Shown in pieces: positions 1-9,336 of a DNA stretch of 64,000 nucleotides (position 1 is the first letter of the stretch; the number at the start of each line of letters is the position of its first letter). The notes under the pieces were generated by a model. The model was given only the letters and a program-made list of their open reading frames with translations, ran no database searches and had not been told where the DNA came from. The stretch comes from SAR202 cluster bacterium (GTDB lineage Bacteria; Chloroflexota; Dehalococcoidia; Lucifugimonadales; VGZY01), in NCBI GenBank assembly GCA_016872355.1, contig VGZY01000001.1, positions 33,803-97,802 of the forward strand. Reading direction: 5' to 3'. The position numbers were made by a program, and so were the translations under genes.

Positions 1-135
1 CTCATTCGCCGCCTCGTGATTGCGGTAATAGTTGAAAGCAATGTGCGCTCCGCGCCGGGCGAACTCGAGGGCGATGGCGCGGCCGATGCCGCGAGAGCCG
101 CCGGTAATGAGGACTACTTTGTTGCTGAAGGGCAT
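1..135 (-). CDS. SDR-family oxidoreductase, N-terminal 45 codons only (gene runs off window start)
   Basis: Reverse-strand ATG at 133-135. Translation MPFSNKVVLITGGSRGIGRAIALEFARRGAHIAFNYYRNHEAANE carries the classical SDR TGxxxGIG dinucleotide-binding motif. Too short for the ORF track. Confidence 0.8.
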   Translation of the reverse strand, partial: MPFSNKVVLITGGSRGIGRAIALEFARRGAHIAFNYYRNHEAANE

Positions 136-438
136 ATGAGGTCCACCGTGAACGAAATTCGAACCTGTAGCCTGAGCGATTCATCGCGCCCGCGTTGCAT
201 GCCGTTATTTATCGGCGAGCAAGACAGGCGCGATGAATCGCGCGACTACAATGGAGGCACAGGCTCACAGAGTATCCGCCCCTGCCGTGTTGACCGTCAA
301 CAAGTGGCATCCTCTGAAGCACAGCGAACCCAGTAGCCGGCCCGCTGGATTGCGAGGAGATCTACCGGCCTCTCCCCAACCTGTCCACGAGTGCTACCAG
401 GCTCGCATCAGTTACCGACAAAGAGGTTGTCCGGGCGC

Positions 439-928
439 CTAAACCGGCACGGCCGACGTGCAGTGCGCGCAACGGCGCGCCTTCAGGGGGATCATGCTCA
501 GGCACTCCGGGCACGCCTTCGTCGTGGGCTCCTTGGGCGTCGCAGCCGCTGCCTGCTGGGCCTTGGAGCGGGCCAGCATCATGTTCATGGGCTTGACGAC
601 GAAGAAGAATATGACCGCGGCGACTACCACGAAAGTGATAAGGGCATTTATCACTAGCCCGTACTTGAAGACGCTGCCGTTTACGATGAAGACAAGCTCC
701 GAAAAGTCAGGTTCCCCTATGACCGCCGCGATGAGGGGGGGTGAAGATCCCTTCCACCACCGCCTTCACTGCGGCGCCGAACGCCGTACCGATTACGACC
801 GCTACAGCGAGGTCAATGACGTTGCCGCGGACCAGAAACGCACGAAACTCCTTGAGCAGGCTCATGTTCATCGGGTTGAGGGCCTTCGGGTCCACGGAGC
901 TGACGTTCTTGCCCACTTTCGTTGCCAT
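439..928 (-). pseudogene. mscL: large-conductance mechanosensitive channel MscL, split by a 1-nt frameshift; C-terminal zinc-ribbon tail
   Basis: ORF 707-955(-) gives [44 protein letters not shown] (MscL TM1). Dropping one base from the G7 run at 735-741 continues it as [49 protein letters not shown] (TM2), which is ORF 439-654(-). AGGAG-like RBS lies before the ATG at 928. The tail carries CPEC-N11-CAHC. Confidence 0.8.
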
Positions 929-1123
929 TTGGTCTCTCCTGGTGCCTATCCGCACCTGTTTGCGGGCTTGGCGCGGCGGCAGGCAAAACTTAGCATTCGC
1001 CCTGCAACGCTGTCAATGGAATAATCTTGATAGCAGATTTGGGAAAACTTGTATGTGGAATTACCTCGAAACCACGCGCCGCAGGTGTTACCATATGTGC
1101 CGATCGTGCCAGGGAGGAGAGCC

Positions 1124-1957
1124 ATGAGCGACAACCCGATTTACATTGGCAACGTGGAGGTCATCCCCGTGTCCGACGGGTGGATGAAGTTCCGGCCCGG
1201 CAACTTCTTTCCAACAGTGCCGCACGATGCCTGGAACCGTTACGAGGAGACGATGCCCGAGGGCAAGCTGGTCTTCAACTCCGGCTGCTACGTTCTCCGC
1301 TCACAGGGGAAAGTGATACTCGTGGACACCGGCGTCGGGAAGGGTTCGACCGACCTGTGGGAGGCCTCCGCAGGGAAGTTGCTTACGGCCCTTTCCGACA
1401 ATGGCGTCGACCCTGATGAGGTCGACATGGTGCTACTCACACACCTGCACCGCGACCACGTAGGCTGGAATATCATCTGGGACGGCGACCGATTCCGGCC
1501 TACCTTCACGAAGGCGCGATACTGGATGCCGAAAATCGACTTCGACGTTTACTCCACCAAGGCAGACCTGCACCTCTTTTCATACCTGGAAAAGCAGGTC
1601 CTGCCCCTGAAGGACATTGGAGTAGTGGACTTCATCTCAGGGGAGCAGCACTTCACGAACGAGGTCTCTTCCCTGCCCACCCCCGGCCACACGCCCGGCC
1701 ATACGAGCTTCGTAATCTCTTCGAAAGGTGAGCGAGGAATAATTACTGGGGATGTGCTCCACCACCCGGCGCAGATAGACCATCCGGAGTGGAGCCCGAG
1801 AGGGGACGAAAAGCAGGTGGAGGCGCGCGAGACGAGGGCGAACATTGTCCAACAGCTGGTCCTGGAGGGAGCAATTGCGCTGGTCGGGCACTTTCCCGGC
1901 CCAGGCATCGGGCGTGTCGTGCGGCGTGACTCCAGGCTCACGTGGCAGCCGCTCTAG
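1124..1957 (+). CDS. MBL-fold metallo-hydrolase (lactonase-like)
   Basis: HxHxDH motif (LLTHLHRDHVGW) and later PGHTPGH. GGGAGGAG RBS just upstream of the ATG at 1124 (MSDNPIYIGN). The longer ORF-track start at 1049 has no RBS. Confidence 0.8.
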   Translation: MSDNPIYIGNVEVIPVSDGWMKFRPGNFFPTVPHDAWNRYEETMPEGKLVFNSGCYVLRSQGKVILVDTGVGKGSTDLWEASAGKLLTALSDNGVDPDEVDMVLLTHLHRDHVGWNIIWDGDRFRPTFTKARYWMPKIDFDVYSTKADLHLFSYLEKQVLPLKDIGVVDFISGEQHFTNEVSSLPTPGHTPGHTSFVISSKGERGIITGDVLHHPAQIDHPEWSPRGDEKQVEARETRANIVQQLVLEGAIALVGHFPGPGIGRVVRRDSRLTWQPL

Positions 1958-2019
1958 TCGGCAAATCACCATGATACTGCGAGAGGCGCCCGATCGGGCG
2001 CCTCTCGTTTTCCAATCGG

Positions 2020-2292
2020 TTACTTCCTGCCGGCCCGCATGCGGCAGTTGGCACAGCCACAGCCTGGCTTGACTCGCAGGACATCCCTGTATAGCTGCCC
2101 TACCATCTCGTTATCGGTCAGGTTGAACCCCCGCCCGATCTCCAGCAGCTCCTCCATCCTCTTCTTCCTGTCGGCCTCCTCCGCCTCAGTCAAAGCCTCA
2201 CCGGACATCAACACCATTCTGGCGTACGTCCTGAGGGCGACGGTATGTTCGGCCATCAGTTCTCCGGGGTCAACGGATATTGTTGCGCTCAT
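2020..2292 (-). CDS. hypothetical small protein (90 aa)
   Basis: Strong AAGGAGGTG RBS upstream of the ATG at 2292. No family recognised. Cys-rich C-terminus (PGCGCANC). Confidence 0.5.
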   Translation of the reverse strand: MSATISVDPGELMAEHTVALRTYARMVLMSGEALTEAEEADRKKRMEELLEIGRGFNLTDNEMVGQLYRDVLRVKPGCGCANCRMRAGRK

Positions 2293-2560
2293 CTCCTGAC
2301 ACCTCCTTGAGAGATAGCCTCGGGCAGGCTCCTTGAGCCCCCAGCCGCATCGGTCCAGCGCATCCTCCTTGGTATCCCGGCGCCCCAGAGGGATTTGTCC
2401 TTACCGGGAACTGGGCTGCTTTCCAACCAACTGCATCAGCCCTGGTAGCTTATACAACGCTGCCACAACTTAAATAGCTATGGCCTATCTTCTTGTTAAT
2501 CGCTTCTCGGATGATACGTGACCCGTCAATAATTTGGATGCGCTTCCCCTGGCGGGGATT

Positions 2561-2683
2561 CTACTTCTTTGCAAACTCGCGGAGCTTCTTTTCGGACATC
2601 TTTGTCTTCGTCTTCTTGCCGGCCCTCTTGCGGGCCAGCTCCGCCCCCATGAATTTCCGCTGCTTCTCGGTCTTGGCGGGCAT
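2561..2683 (-). CDS. DUF3008-like small basic protein (40 aa)
   Basis: MPAKTEKQRKFMGAELARKRAGKKTKTKMSEKKLREFAKK matches my memory of the DUF3008 pattern. GGGAGGAGGAG RBS precedes the internal ATG at 2683, so the ORF-track start at 2749 is probably too long. Confidence 0.65.
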   Translation of the reverse strand: MPAKTEKQRKFMGAELARKRAGKKTKTKMSEKKLREFAKK

Positions 2684-2943
2684 TCGCTCCTCCTCCCAGC
2701 CCCGCCGGAGCCTCATCAACGCTCGGGAAGACCTCCCGGCGTAGGGCAATACTAGAGTGCCTTATACAAATAATCTAGCGCCTGTACCGGCCGGCGCGCT
2801 AGTCGAAACCGGGTTATTTCTAAACCGGCAGGAGTTACAACCCCGGTCTTATCCATCACTTGCCCGTTGCTCCCAGTCCCAATACAATGGCAGGCGGCGC
2901 GGAGGAGGCGGCAGGGAGCCAGCAAGCATTAGAAGGGGGATTG

Positions 2944-3726
2944 ATGTACCCGATAGACCTCAGCGGCAAGACCGGCATAATTTTCGGCGTAGCTAACCAC
3001 AGGAGTATCGCGTGGTCCATAGCGCAGGTGCTCCACCAGGCCGGCGCCAGGCTGGCAGTGACTTACCAGAACGAGCGCGTCAAGGACTCGGTGGCAGGAC
3101 TGGTCACGGACTGGAAGGACTCTCCGGTCATCGAGTGCGACGTGAGCAAGGATGAGAATGTTGAAAAAGCAGTGAACGAAGCTGCGAAGGCGCTCGGCGG
3201 GCGAATCGATATGGTCGTTCACAGCATCGCCTTCGCCAACAAGGACGACCTGGGCGGCCTGTATATGGAGACTCCCCGCGAAGGCTTCCGGGTTGCGCTT
3301 GATGTCAGCGCGTACTCCCTCATCCCGGTTGCGCGGTACACGGCCCCAATAATGAAGGCCAATGGCGGCGGCGCGATCGTCTCTATGACCTTCCAGGCGG
3401 CAGAGCGGGTCTTCCCGGGTTATAACGTCATGGGCACCGCCAAGGCGGCGCTGGAGAACGCAACCAAGCAGCTCGCGTCAGACCTTGGGCCGGATAACAT
3501 CCGCGTCAACTCGATCTCAGCAGGGCCGCTGGACACGCTCTCTTCGCGCGTCATCAGCCACTACCGGGATATGAAGAAGGCCCACGCGGAGCGCTCGCCG
3601 ATGCGGCGAAACATCACGCAGGAAGAGGTTGCCAAAACCGCCCTGTTCCTGTTGAGCGATCTTTCCAGCGGCATCACCGGGGAGATTGTCCACGTGGACA
3701 CCGGCTACAACGTTATGGGTATCTGA
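2944..3726 (+). CDS. fabI: enoyl-[acyl-carrier-protein] reductase (NADH)
   Basis: MYPIDLSGKTGIIFGVANHRSIAWSIAQVLHQAGARLAVTYQNERV is the FabI N-terminal signature. Also SIAFANKDDL...Y...K and a typical length of about 260 aa. RBS GAAGGGGGA precedes the ATG at 2944. Confidence 0.9.
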   Translation: MYPIDLSGKTGIIFGVANHRSIAWSIAQVLHQAGARLAVTYQNERVKDSVAGLVTDWKDSPVIECDVSKDENVEKAVNEAAKALGGRIDMVVHSIAFANKDDLGGLYMETPREGFRVALDVSAYSLIPVARYTAPIMKANGGGAIVSMTFQAAERVFPGYNVMGTAKAALENATKQLASDLGPDNIRVNSISAGPLDTLSSRVISHYRDMKKAHAERSPMRRNITQEEVAKTALFLLSDLSSGITGEIVHVDTGYNVMGI

Positions 3727-3897
3727 AGACTGCAATCCGGGCGATAGACCGCGCTGCGCCTGCGCTATGTGGACTAGTCGAATGGCCCTAGTAAAGAATA
3801 ACTCGTTGGTAGAGTACGATGGGTATAGTCCATCCGTAACATATTACCCGTAAGGCTAATCTGGCCCAAAAGACAACACCTTGCGGAGGATGCCCCA

Positions 3898-4107
3898 ATG
3901 TTGCAGGAAAGAGACTCTCAAATCTCTCCTCAGACACGGATAGAGCAAAGACAGTCATCGACGCCGGACTGGACCGCGGCCCCGCCACCGGAAGAGCACG
4001 AGAAGCGCCGGGTGAACGAGGGAAAGCTTCTTGCCTTCACTTCAGTCAGAGCAAGGTTTCCGGAGCGCGCCAGGATCAACGTCTTCGTGCCGCTCACCGG
4101 GGAATAG
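3898..4107 (+). CDS. hypothetical protein (69 aa), weak call
   Basis: GCGGAGGA RBS before the ATG at 3898, followed by a strong hairpin terminator. No recognisable family. Confidence 0.3.
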   Translation: MLQERDSQISPQTRIEQRQSSTPDWTAAPPPEEHEKRRVNEGKLLAFTSVRARFPERARINVFVPLTGE

Positions 4108-4126
4108 TCCCGACAAGTGCAAGCAA

Positions 4127-4174
4127 GCAGAGAGGGCCGCCCCGATTCCATCAGGGCGGCCCTCTCTGCTTTTC
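4127..4174. terminator. GC-rich hairpin terminator between convergent ORFs
   Basis: gcagagagggccgcccc (4127-4143) pairs with gggcggccctctctgc (4154-4169), followed by TTTT. The loop has the CCCCGAT...core seen in other terminators of this window. Confidence 0.7.
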
Positions 4175-4186
4175 ATCGCTTTTAGC

Positions 4187-4669
4187 TCAGGCGCTGATTC
4201 GCACCAGGGTGTTTGTCCGCGCATCGTAATCCACCACAACCCGCGACCCTAGCTTTACCGCCAGAACGCCGTGTCCCGTTGCCATTCCGCCGATCATAAC
4301 CGTCGAGGTGGACGTGGCCCTGAGGACGATTTCGGCACCGTCTTCGGCCACCACCGTGACCGTGCCGGAGACGGTATCTACGCCCTTGAGCGTCCCCGCA
4401 AGCGTGGCGTTGGAAACAGTATCCGCGACCCCTCGAGCGGGCCCCTCCTGGCGGGTGTCGATGGCAAGCAGCGCCCGCGATTCTGTGTCGTACTCCACCA
4501 TTGCAGGGCCGCCGATCTGCGCCGCCAGCGCCGTGGTGCCGCCCAGAACGCCCAGTGCAAGGATCTTCGAGGCCGGAGTGACCTTCAGCTCCAGCTTGGT
4601 GCCATTGTCAGCAACAATGACCACCTTGCCGGCTATGGCGTTCACGCTACGCAAGCCGCCGGTGGCCAC
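4187..4669 (-). CDS. hypothetical beta-rich protein with two internal ~65-aa repeats (DUF5666-like); N-terminus probably lost to a frameshift
   Basis: Two repeats: GKVVIVADNGTKLELKVT...VEYD and GTVTVVAEDGAEIVLRAT...VDYD. Adding one G to the run at 4681-4686 joins it in frame to MARGAVVSAAGVLAVTLTSTAGG, a signal-peptide-like segment with ATG at 4745. Confidence 0.5.
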   Translation of the reverse strand: MATGGLRSVNAIAGKVVIVADNGTKLELKVTPASKILALGVLGGTTALAAQIGGPAMVEYDTESRALLAIDTRQEGPARGVADTVSNATLAGTLKGVDTVSGTVTVVAEDGAEIVLRATSTSTVMIGGMATGHGVLAVKLGSRVVVDYDARTNTLVRISA

Positions 4670-4825
4670 CGCCTTCGGCCCCCCGCCGTCGAAGTCAACG
4701 TGACCGCCAGTACCCCCGCTGCTGAAACCACTGCCCCGCGAGCCATTGCGCCGAAAACGGCATTCCCCTTACAGATTCCCCCCCTCTGCGTTTTCCAGCC
4801 CAGCGCCAGCGTGCGAAAGCCCCCT

Positions 4826-5038
4826 CTATACGAGTATACCGCGCCAGTGCAAATTGGACTCCGGACGGGCATACTCCCACGAGCAGACGGCGCTTGTGCA
4901 CCGGAGCGTTCTCACCCTTGTTTCACTATCCATTCCCTTCGGATAGGACACTACCAGGTATATCCGGCTGTTGCACTCGGGGCAGAGATTGCCACTCGCC
5001 GCGCCGACATTACCGGTTGAGTATTCAAGTTTGCGCAT
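4826..5038 (-). CDS. small zinc-ribbon protein (70 aa)
   Basis: GAGGAGG RBS before the ATG at 5038. MRKLEYSTGNVGAASGNLCPECNSRIYLV...LRCTSAVCSWEY has a CxxC...CxxxC arrangement. Confidence 0.5.
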   Translation of the reverse strand: MRKLEYSTGNVGAASGNLCPECNSRIYLVVSYPKGMDSETRVRTLRCTSAVCSWEYARPESNLHWRGILV

Positions 5039-5258
5039 CTTACGCCTCCTCATCGGGTAACCCACTCACCGAGACACTGCAGCCGTTCCCGGACACCGAT
5101 TAGCGCTAATGCCAGTGTCTGAACATAAAAACGCGGGCCGAATGCTATTGTCAGGAATACTCTGACCCCCGTGAGCCCCTGTTCGCTGCGATTGGGCGCT
5201 CCGGCTACCCGATGCTGAACAATGCCGCTGCCGCAGGCTGAGCGGCAGGAGGACCGGC

Positions 5259-6169
5259 TTGCGTTATTACAGGCTGATGAGCACAGATGGCGGACACCGG
5301 CTTGCGGTAGAAGTACAGGACGGCACGCTTGCCGATCTGACGTCCATTGACGACGACCTCACCGGCGTAAATGACCTGGCCCTTACGGCGTCCCTCTCCG
5401 GCGCGTCGATTGACGACGTGGCCCGGAACATCCTTTCGAAGGGCTACGAAGTCGAATACGATCTGGAGGACGTGGTCACAGACTCGCGAAACGGCGCGGG
5501 GGGACGTGTGGCTGGACAGGCCGCTCGACCCGCCCGAGGTATGGGCGGCCGGCGTAACCTACAAGACGAGCGAGATGGAAGCGGCGGCGCGAGAGCCAGA
5601 CGCCGGACATCTACTCGCGGGTCTACACGGCAAAGCGGCCGGAGCTCTTTTTCAAGGCCACACCGGACAGGTGCGTAGGGCCTTTTGAGGCCGTCGGCAT
5701 CCGCGAGGACTCGAAATGGAACGTTCCGGAGCCGGAGCTGGCGTTCGTGCTGTACAATGGGCTGATCATCGGGTATACGATCGGTAACGACATGAGCAGC
5801 CGCACCATAGAGGGCGAGAACCCGCTCTACCTGCCGCAGGCGAAGATGTACTCCCGGTGTTGCGCGATTGGCCCTGCGTTCGTCACACCTGAAACGGTAG
5901 GCAACCCGCGCAACCTGTCCGTGGAATACTCAATCTTGCGCACGGCTGAAGAGATCTTCAGGGGCCGAACGTCCACATCCCTGATGGCCCGCACGTGCGA
6001 GGAGCTGGCGGACTGGCTATTCGCCAGCAATGATGTGCCGAATATGACTGCCGTGCTGACAGGCACGGCCAAAGTTCCGCCACCCGATATCACGCTCAAG
6101 GAAGACGACGTGGTGGTGATGACGATCGAGAACATAGGCACGCTGGAGAACTACGTCACGGTGGTTTAA
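5259..6169 (+). pseudogene. fumarylacetoacetate hydrolase (FAH) family protein, at least 2 frameshifts
   Basis: Three consecutive ORFs in three frames read as one FAH-fold protein: MRYYRLMSTDGGHRLAVEV..., then [26 protein letters not shown], then [66 protein letters not shown]...[16 protein letters not shown]. Frame changes sit at the G6 run 5498-5503 and near 5600-5607. Confidence 0.75.
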
Positions 6170-6187
6170 GTGGTACAGGAGCCGCCA

Positions 6188-7330
6188 ATGGACTTCGAAG
6201 TCGATGTTATTCGCACGTTCGTAGAGCCCGTGAAGCTCAGGGACGGCACGCTCTTGGGGCTGGACTGGAAGACCCTTCACGGGATGGTCTCCACCGACAG
6301 CGGCAGGACGTGGCGGGACTCCGGCCCCCTGCGCGACGCATCCGGACGCGTGCTGGAGGGCTCCGGCAAGTCCAACGGCTACGTCGTCCACATCCTGCGA
6401 CTCAAGACAGGGGAGATCGCAGTGAAGTACGATGTCGGCCACTCGCGTTACGATCTGGGCGGGTCGCCTCGCAGCACGTCGTACTTCACGAGGTCGGCGG
6501 ACGAAGGGCAGACCTGGTCCGCGCCGGTGCAGATCACGCCGACCGGCACGCCATCGCACACGTCATGGGTAGTGGAGATGGCGGACGGGCGGCTCGTCCT
6601 TCCAAACGAGTACGCGTACTCGCAACCGGGTGAAGATAAAAGGCCCAAGTTCGCCATATGCACCTCGTTCAATTCCGTCGACGGCGGGCGCACGTGGCAG
6701 GAGTCGCGCGACGCAATATGGCTGCAGAACGACGACGGCACGGTGCTGGACTATTGCGAGATTCCCACGGCCACGGAGACGCCCTCCGGCGGGATGCTGA
6801 TGCTTGCGCGCACACGGTACCAGCGCATGGGGGAGAGCCACAGCGCGGACGGCGGTCACGCCTGGAGTCCGATGCGTCTGAACGGCCTCGTATCAAGCTG
6901 CGCGGAGATATTCCTCGATCGCGTTCCCGGCAGCAGCGACATCTATTGCATCTGGAACCAGGCGACTGCCGAAGAGGTGGCGAAAGGCTACTACCGCGCC
7001 CGCCTCACGTCTGCGATCTCCCGCAACGGCGGCGTGACCTGGGAGAGCTTCCGGACGGTCGCAGCTTCGCCGGGAATGGAGGAGGTTGCCCGCATCCAGC
7101 CCGCCGGCACTCCCGTCTACACGCCCGTCCCCGGCGCGGTCCCCACTGAGCAGGAAATGGTCGCCCCTGAGTTTCACATGAACCGCGCCCCCCGCGCAAA
7201 GGTCATCGACGGCACGCTCTACGTCGCCTACACGCACCGCCGTTACAGATACGTAAACGGCAAGCAGACGAAGCTGCACGATGCGGTGAAACTCAGGGCA
7301 GTGCCGGTGGAGTGGCTGTGGGGGAAATAG
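6188..7330 (+). CDS. BNR/Asp-box repeat protein (sialidase-like beta-propeller)
   Basis: Five SxDxGxTW Asp-boxes: STDSGRTW, SADEGQTW, SVDGGRTW, SADGGHAW, SRNGGVTW. AGGAG RBS before the ATG at 6188. Confidence 0.75.
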   Translation: MDFEVDVIRTFVEPVKLRDGTLLGLDWKTLHGMVSTDSGRTWRDSGPLRDASGRVLEGSGKSNGYVVHILRLKTGEIAVKYDVGHSRYDLGGSPRSTSYFTRSADEGQTWSAPVQITPTGTPSHTSWVVEMADGRLVLPNEYAYSQPGEDKRPKFAICTSFNSVDGGRTWQESRDAIWLQNDDGTVLDYCEIPTATETPSGGMLMLARTRYQRMGESHSADGGHAWSPMRLNGLVSSCAEIFLDRVPGSSDIYCIWNQATAEEVAKGYYRARLTSAISRNGGVTWESFRTVAASPGMEEVARIQPAGTPVYTPVPGAVPTEQEMVAPEFHMNRAPRAKVIDGTLYVAYTHRRYRYVNGKQTKLHDAVKLRAVPVEWLWGK

Positions 7331-7412
7331 TGAATTTAGAATAGTGAATAGTGAATTATCGGACGGGAACGATCCGGCTGTTCAATCCACTATTCACTAT
7401 TCTAAATTCACT
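7330..7412. terminator. long hairpin filling the gap between convergent genes; arms are tandem AGTGAAT-type heptads
   Basis: gtgaatttagaatagtgaatagt (7330-7352) is the exact reverse complement of actattcactattctaaattcac (7390-7412), a 23-bp stem. The flanking stop codons are at 7328-7330 and 7415-7417. Confidence 0.75.
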
Positions 7413-7414
7413 AT

Positions 7415-9285
7415 TCACACGTACCACCCAGACTGTATGCGGTACATCTCCGCGTAGCGCCCGCCACGCTCCATTAGCTCCGGATGAGAGCCGTCCTCCA
7501 CGATCTTGCCGCCGTCCAGAAACACGATGCGGTCCGCTAGCCGTGCCGAGCCGAGGCGGTGGGAGATGAGCAGGACGGAGCGGCCCCGGGCGATATCGCG
7601 GAAGTGGCGGTATACCTCCACCTCCATCTTGGCGTCCAGGGCTGCGGTGGGCTCATCGAGCACGAGAACTGACGCATCTCGAATATAGGCCCGAGCAATC
7701 GCCACCTTCTGCCATTGGCCAGATGAGAGGTCCTGCCCCTTGTCGTCATAGGTCTTGCCCAGCATCGTCTCGTATTTGGCAGGAAGGGCTGATATTACCT
7801 CGTCCGCTCCGCTCTTTGACGCAGCAACGGCGATTGCGTCGGTGTCCTCGATACGGCGTAGCTCGCCGAAGCCGATGTTCTCTCGCGCGGAGGCGGCGTA
7901 TTTCACGTAGTCCTGAAATACCGGCGCTACCCGCCTCCGCCACTCAGACGGCACTATCAAGGCCAGGTCCTCGCCATCCACCGTGATGCGGCCCGATGTC
8001 GGCTTGTAGAGTCCGAGCAGCAGCTTCGCGAGTGTCGACTTCCCCGCGCCGTTCTCGCCGACGAGCGCGATGCTCTTGCCGGGCTCCAGCACCAGGTCGA
8101 TGCGGTCCAGCACGGGCTTCGTGGCACCGGGGTATATAAAGGTCACCTGCTCGAACCGTACCGCCGGGACATCCGCGGCCAATGGCAGCTTATCGTGTGC
8201 GCCATTTTCCCGATGCCGTTAGTGGCCGTAGCGGCTGCGGGGAAGGGCGTCCACTCCTCCTCGGCCTTGAGTTAGTCCAGGACGTCCTTCATGTATGAAA
8301 TCGAGCCTGTAACAGACCGGTACCCGCCAAGGGCCATGGATGCCGAGCTCATGAACTGCTGGGCCGCCGTAAGGAAAGCAGCGAATAGTCCGAGCGTGAG
8401 ACGGCCCGTCACGATAAGGACTACTGACCAGGTGATCACCAGCGCATACGTAAAATGCTCGAAGAAGGTCCTGGCCACCGCACCGCGAACCCGCTCCCTG
8501 GCAAGAGACAGCCGGTCGTTGCGCAGCTCCGCGACGAGCTTCTTTCGCCTGCCGAGCAGGAAGTCACCAAGGCCAAACAAGCGCACCTCAGCGGCCGCGG
8601 GTCTATCCGCCATCAGCTTGCCCAGGTAGTCGATATATCGAAGTGTCGGGCTGTGCTTCGACTTCAGCACCCTGATCCTTTCAAAGATGCGCTCGCCGAT
8701 TACGTGCGACGGGGTGATGCCGATCAGCAAAATGACTGGGAACCATATGTTCACGGAGCCCAGATAGATAAGAAGCCCTATGGCGGTGATTGCGTCCGAA
8801 GGTATTCGAAGCATCCACTGAATCGGCACCCACAGCCGGTCCACACCGAACTGGGCGTGGTGAAGCAGGTCGTAGTATTCGGCCTGCTCGAATGCCTCCA
8901 GCGGCAACCGGCTCGCCTTTATCATCAGGCGCTCGTTCACGCCGGCCTGGAAGATCTCCATAATGTCCGGAATCAGCCAGCGGTGGACGAATATGCCGGA
9001 CAATGCCTGCACAAGGTTGGCCGCCAGAAACGCTACGAGCCATATCGTAGCAGTGGTCAGATTCGAATCGCCCTTGAGAATGCCGACGGCGCCGTCGATG
9101 AGGCCACGAAGGAATACGGTCATTAGAATGGGCGCAAGCCCTGTGATCAGGATCATGAACGCCGCGATCAGCATTTCGCGACGGCCGATCTCCCACATGA
9201 GCTTCATGTAGCGCCAGAAGTATATGGCCTGGTCCCTGGATCTCAGGCGTTGCCTATCGCGTGACCATTGCGACTGCCTAATCAT
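7415..9285 (-). pseudogene. ABC exporter, fused permease/ATPase (MsbA/MdlB type), disrupted by an in-frame TAA plus a frameshift
   Basis: The TMD ORF 8272-9285 and NBD ORF 7415-8182 equal one half-transporter when compared with the intact 616-aa paralogue next door. TAA at 8272-8274 is followed by still-alignable LKAEEEW. The frame then changes near the T4 run 8206-8209 before LPLAADVPAVRFEQVTFIYPG. Walker A GENGAGKST, signature LSSGQWQ, Walker B VLVLDEP. Confidence 0.8.
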
Positions 9286-9336
9286 TTTCTCCCGCCTTTC
9301 GGCTGCTTGCCGACCATTTGCCGGCCACTGCCCTCT

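Noticed and set aside
2293-2560. Possible riboswitch in the 268-nt spacer upstream of the 90-aa ORF (minus strand)
   Set aside because: I could not match it to any riboswitch consensus I know (SAM, TPP, FMN, glycine, fluoride, ykkC, cobalamin). It has only generic GC-rich pairing potential.
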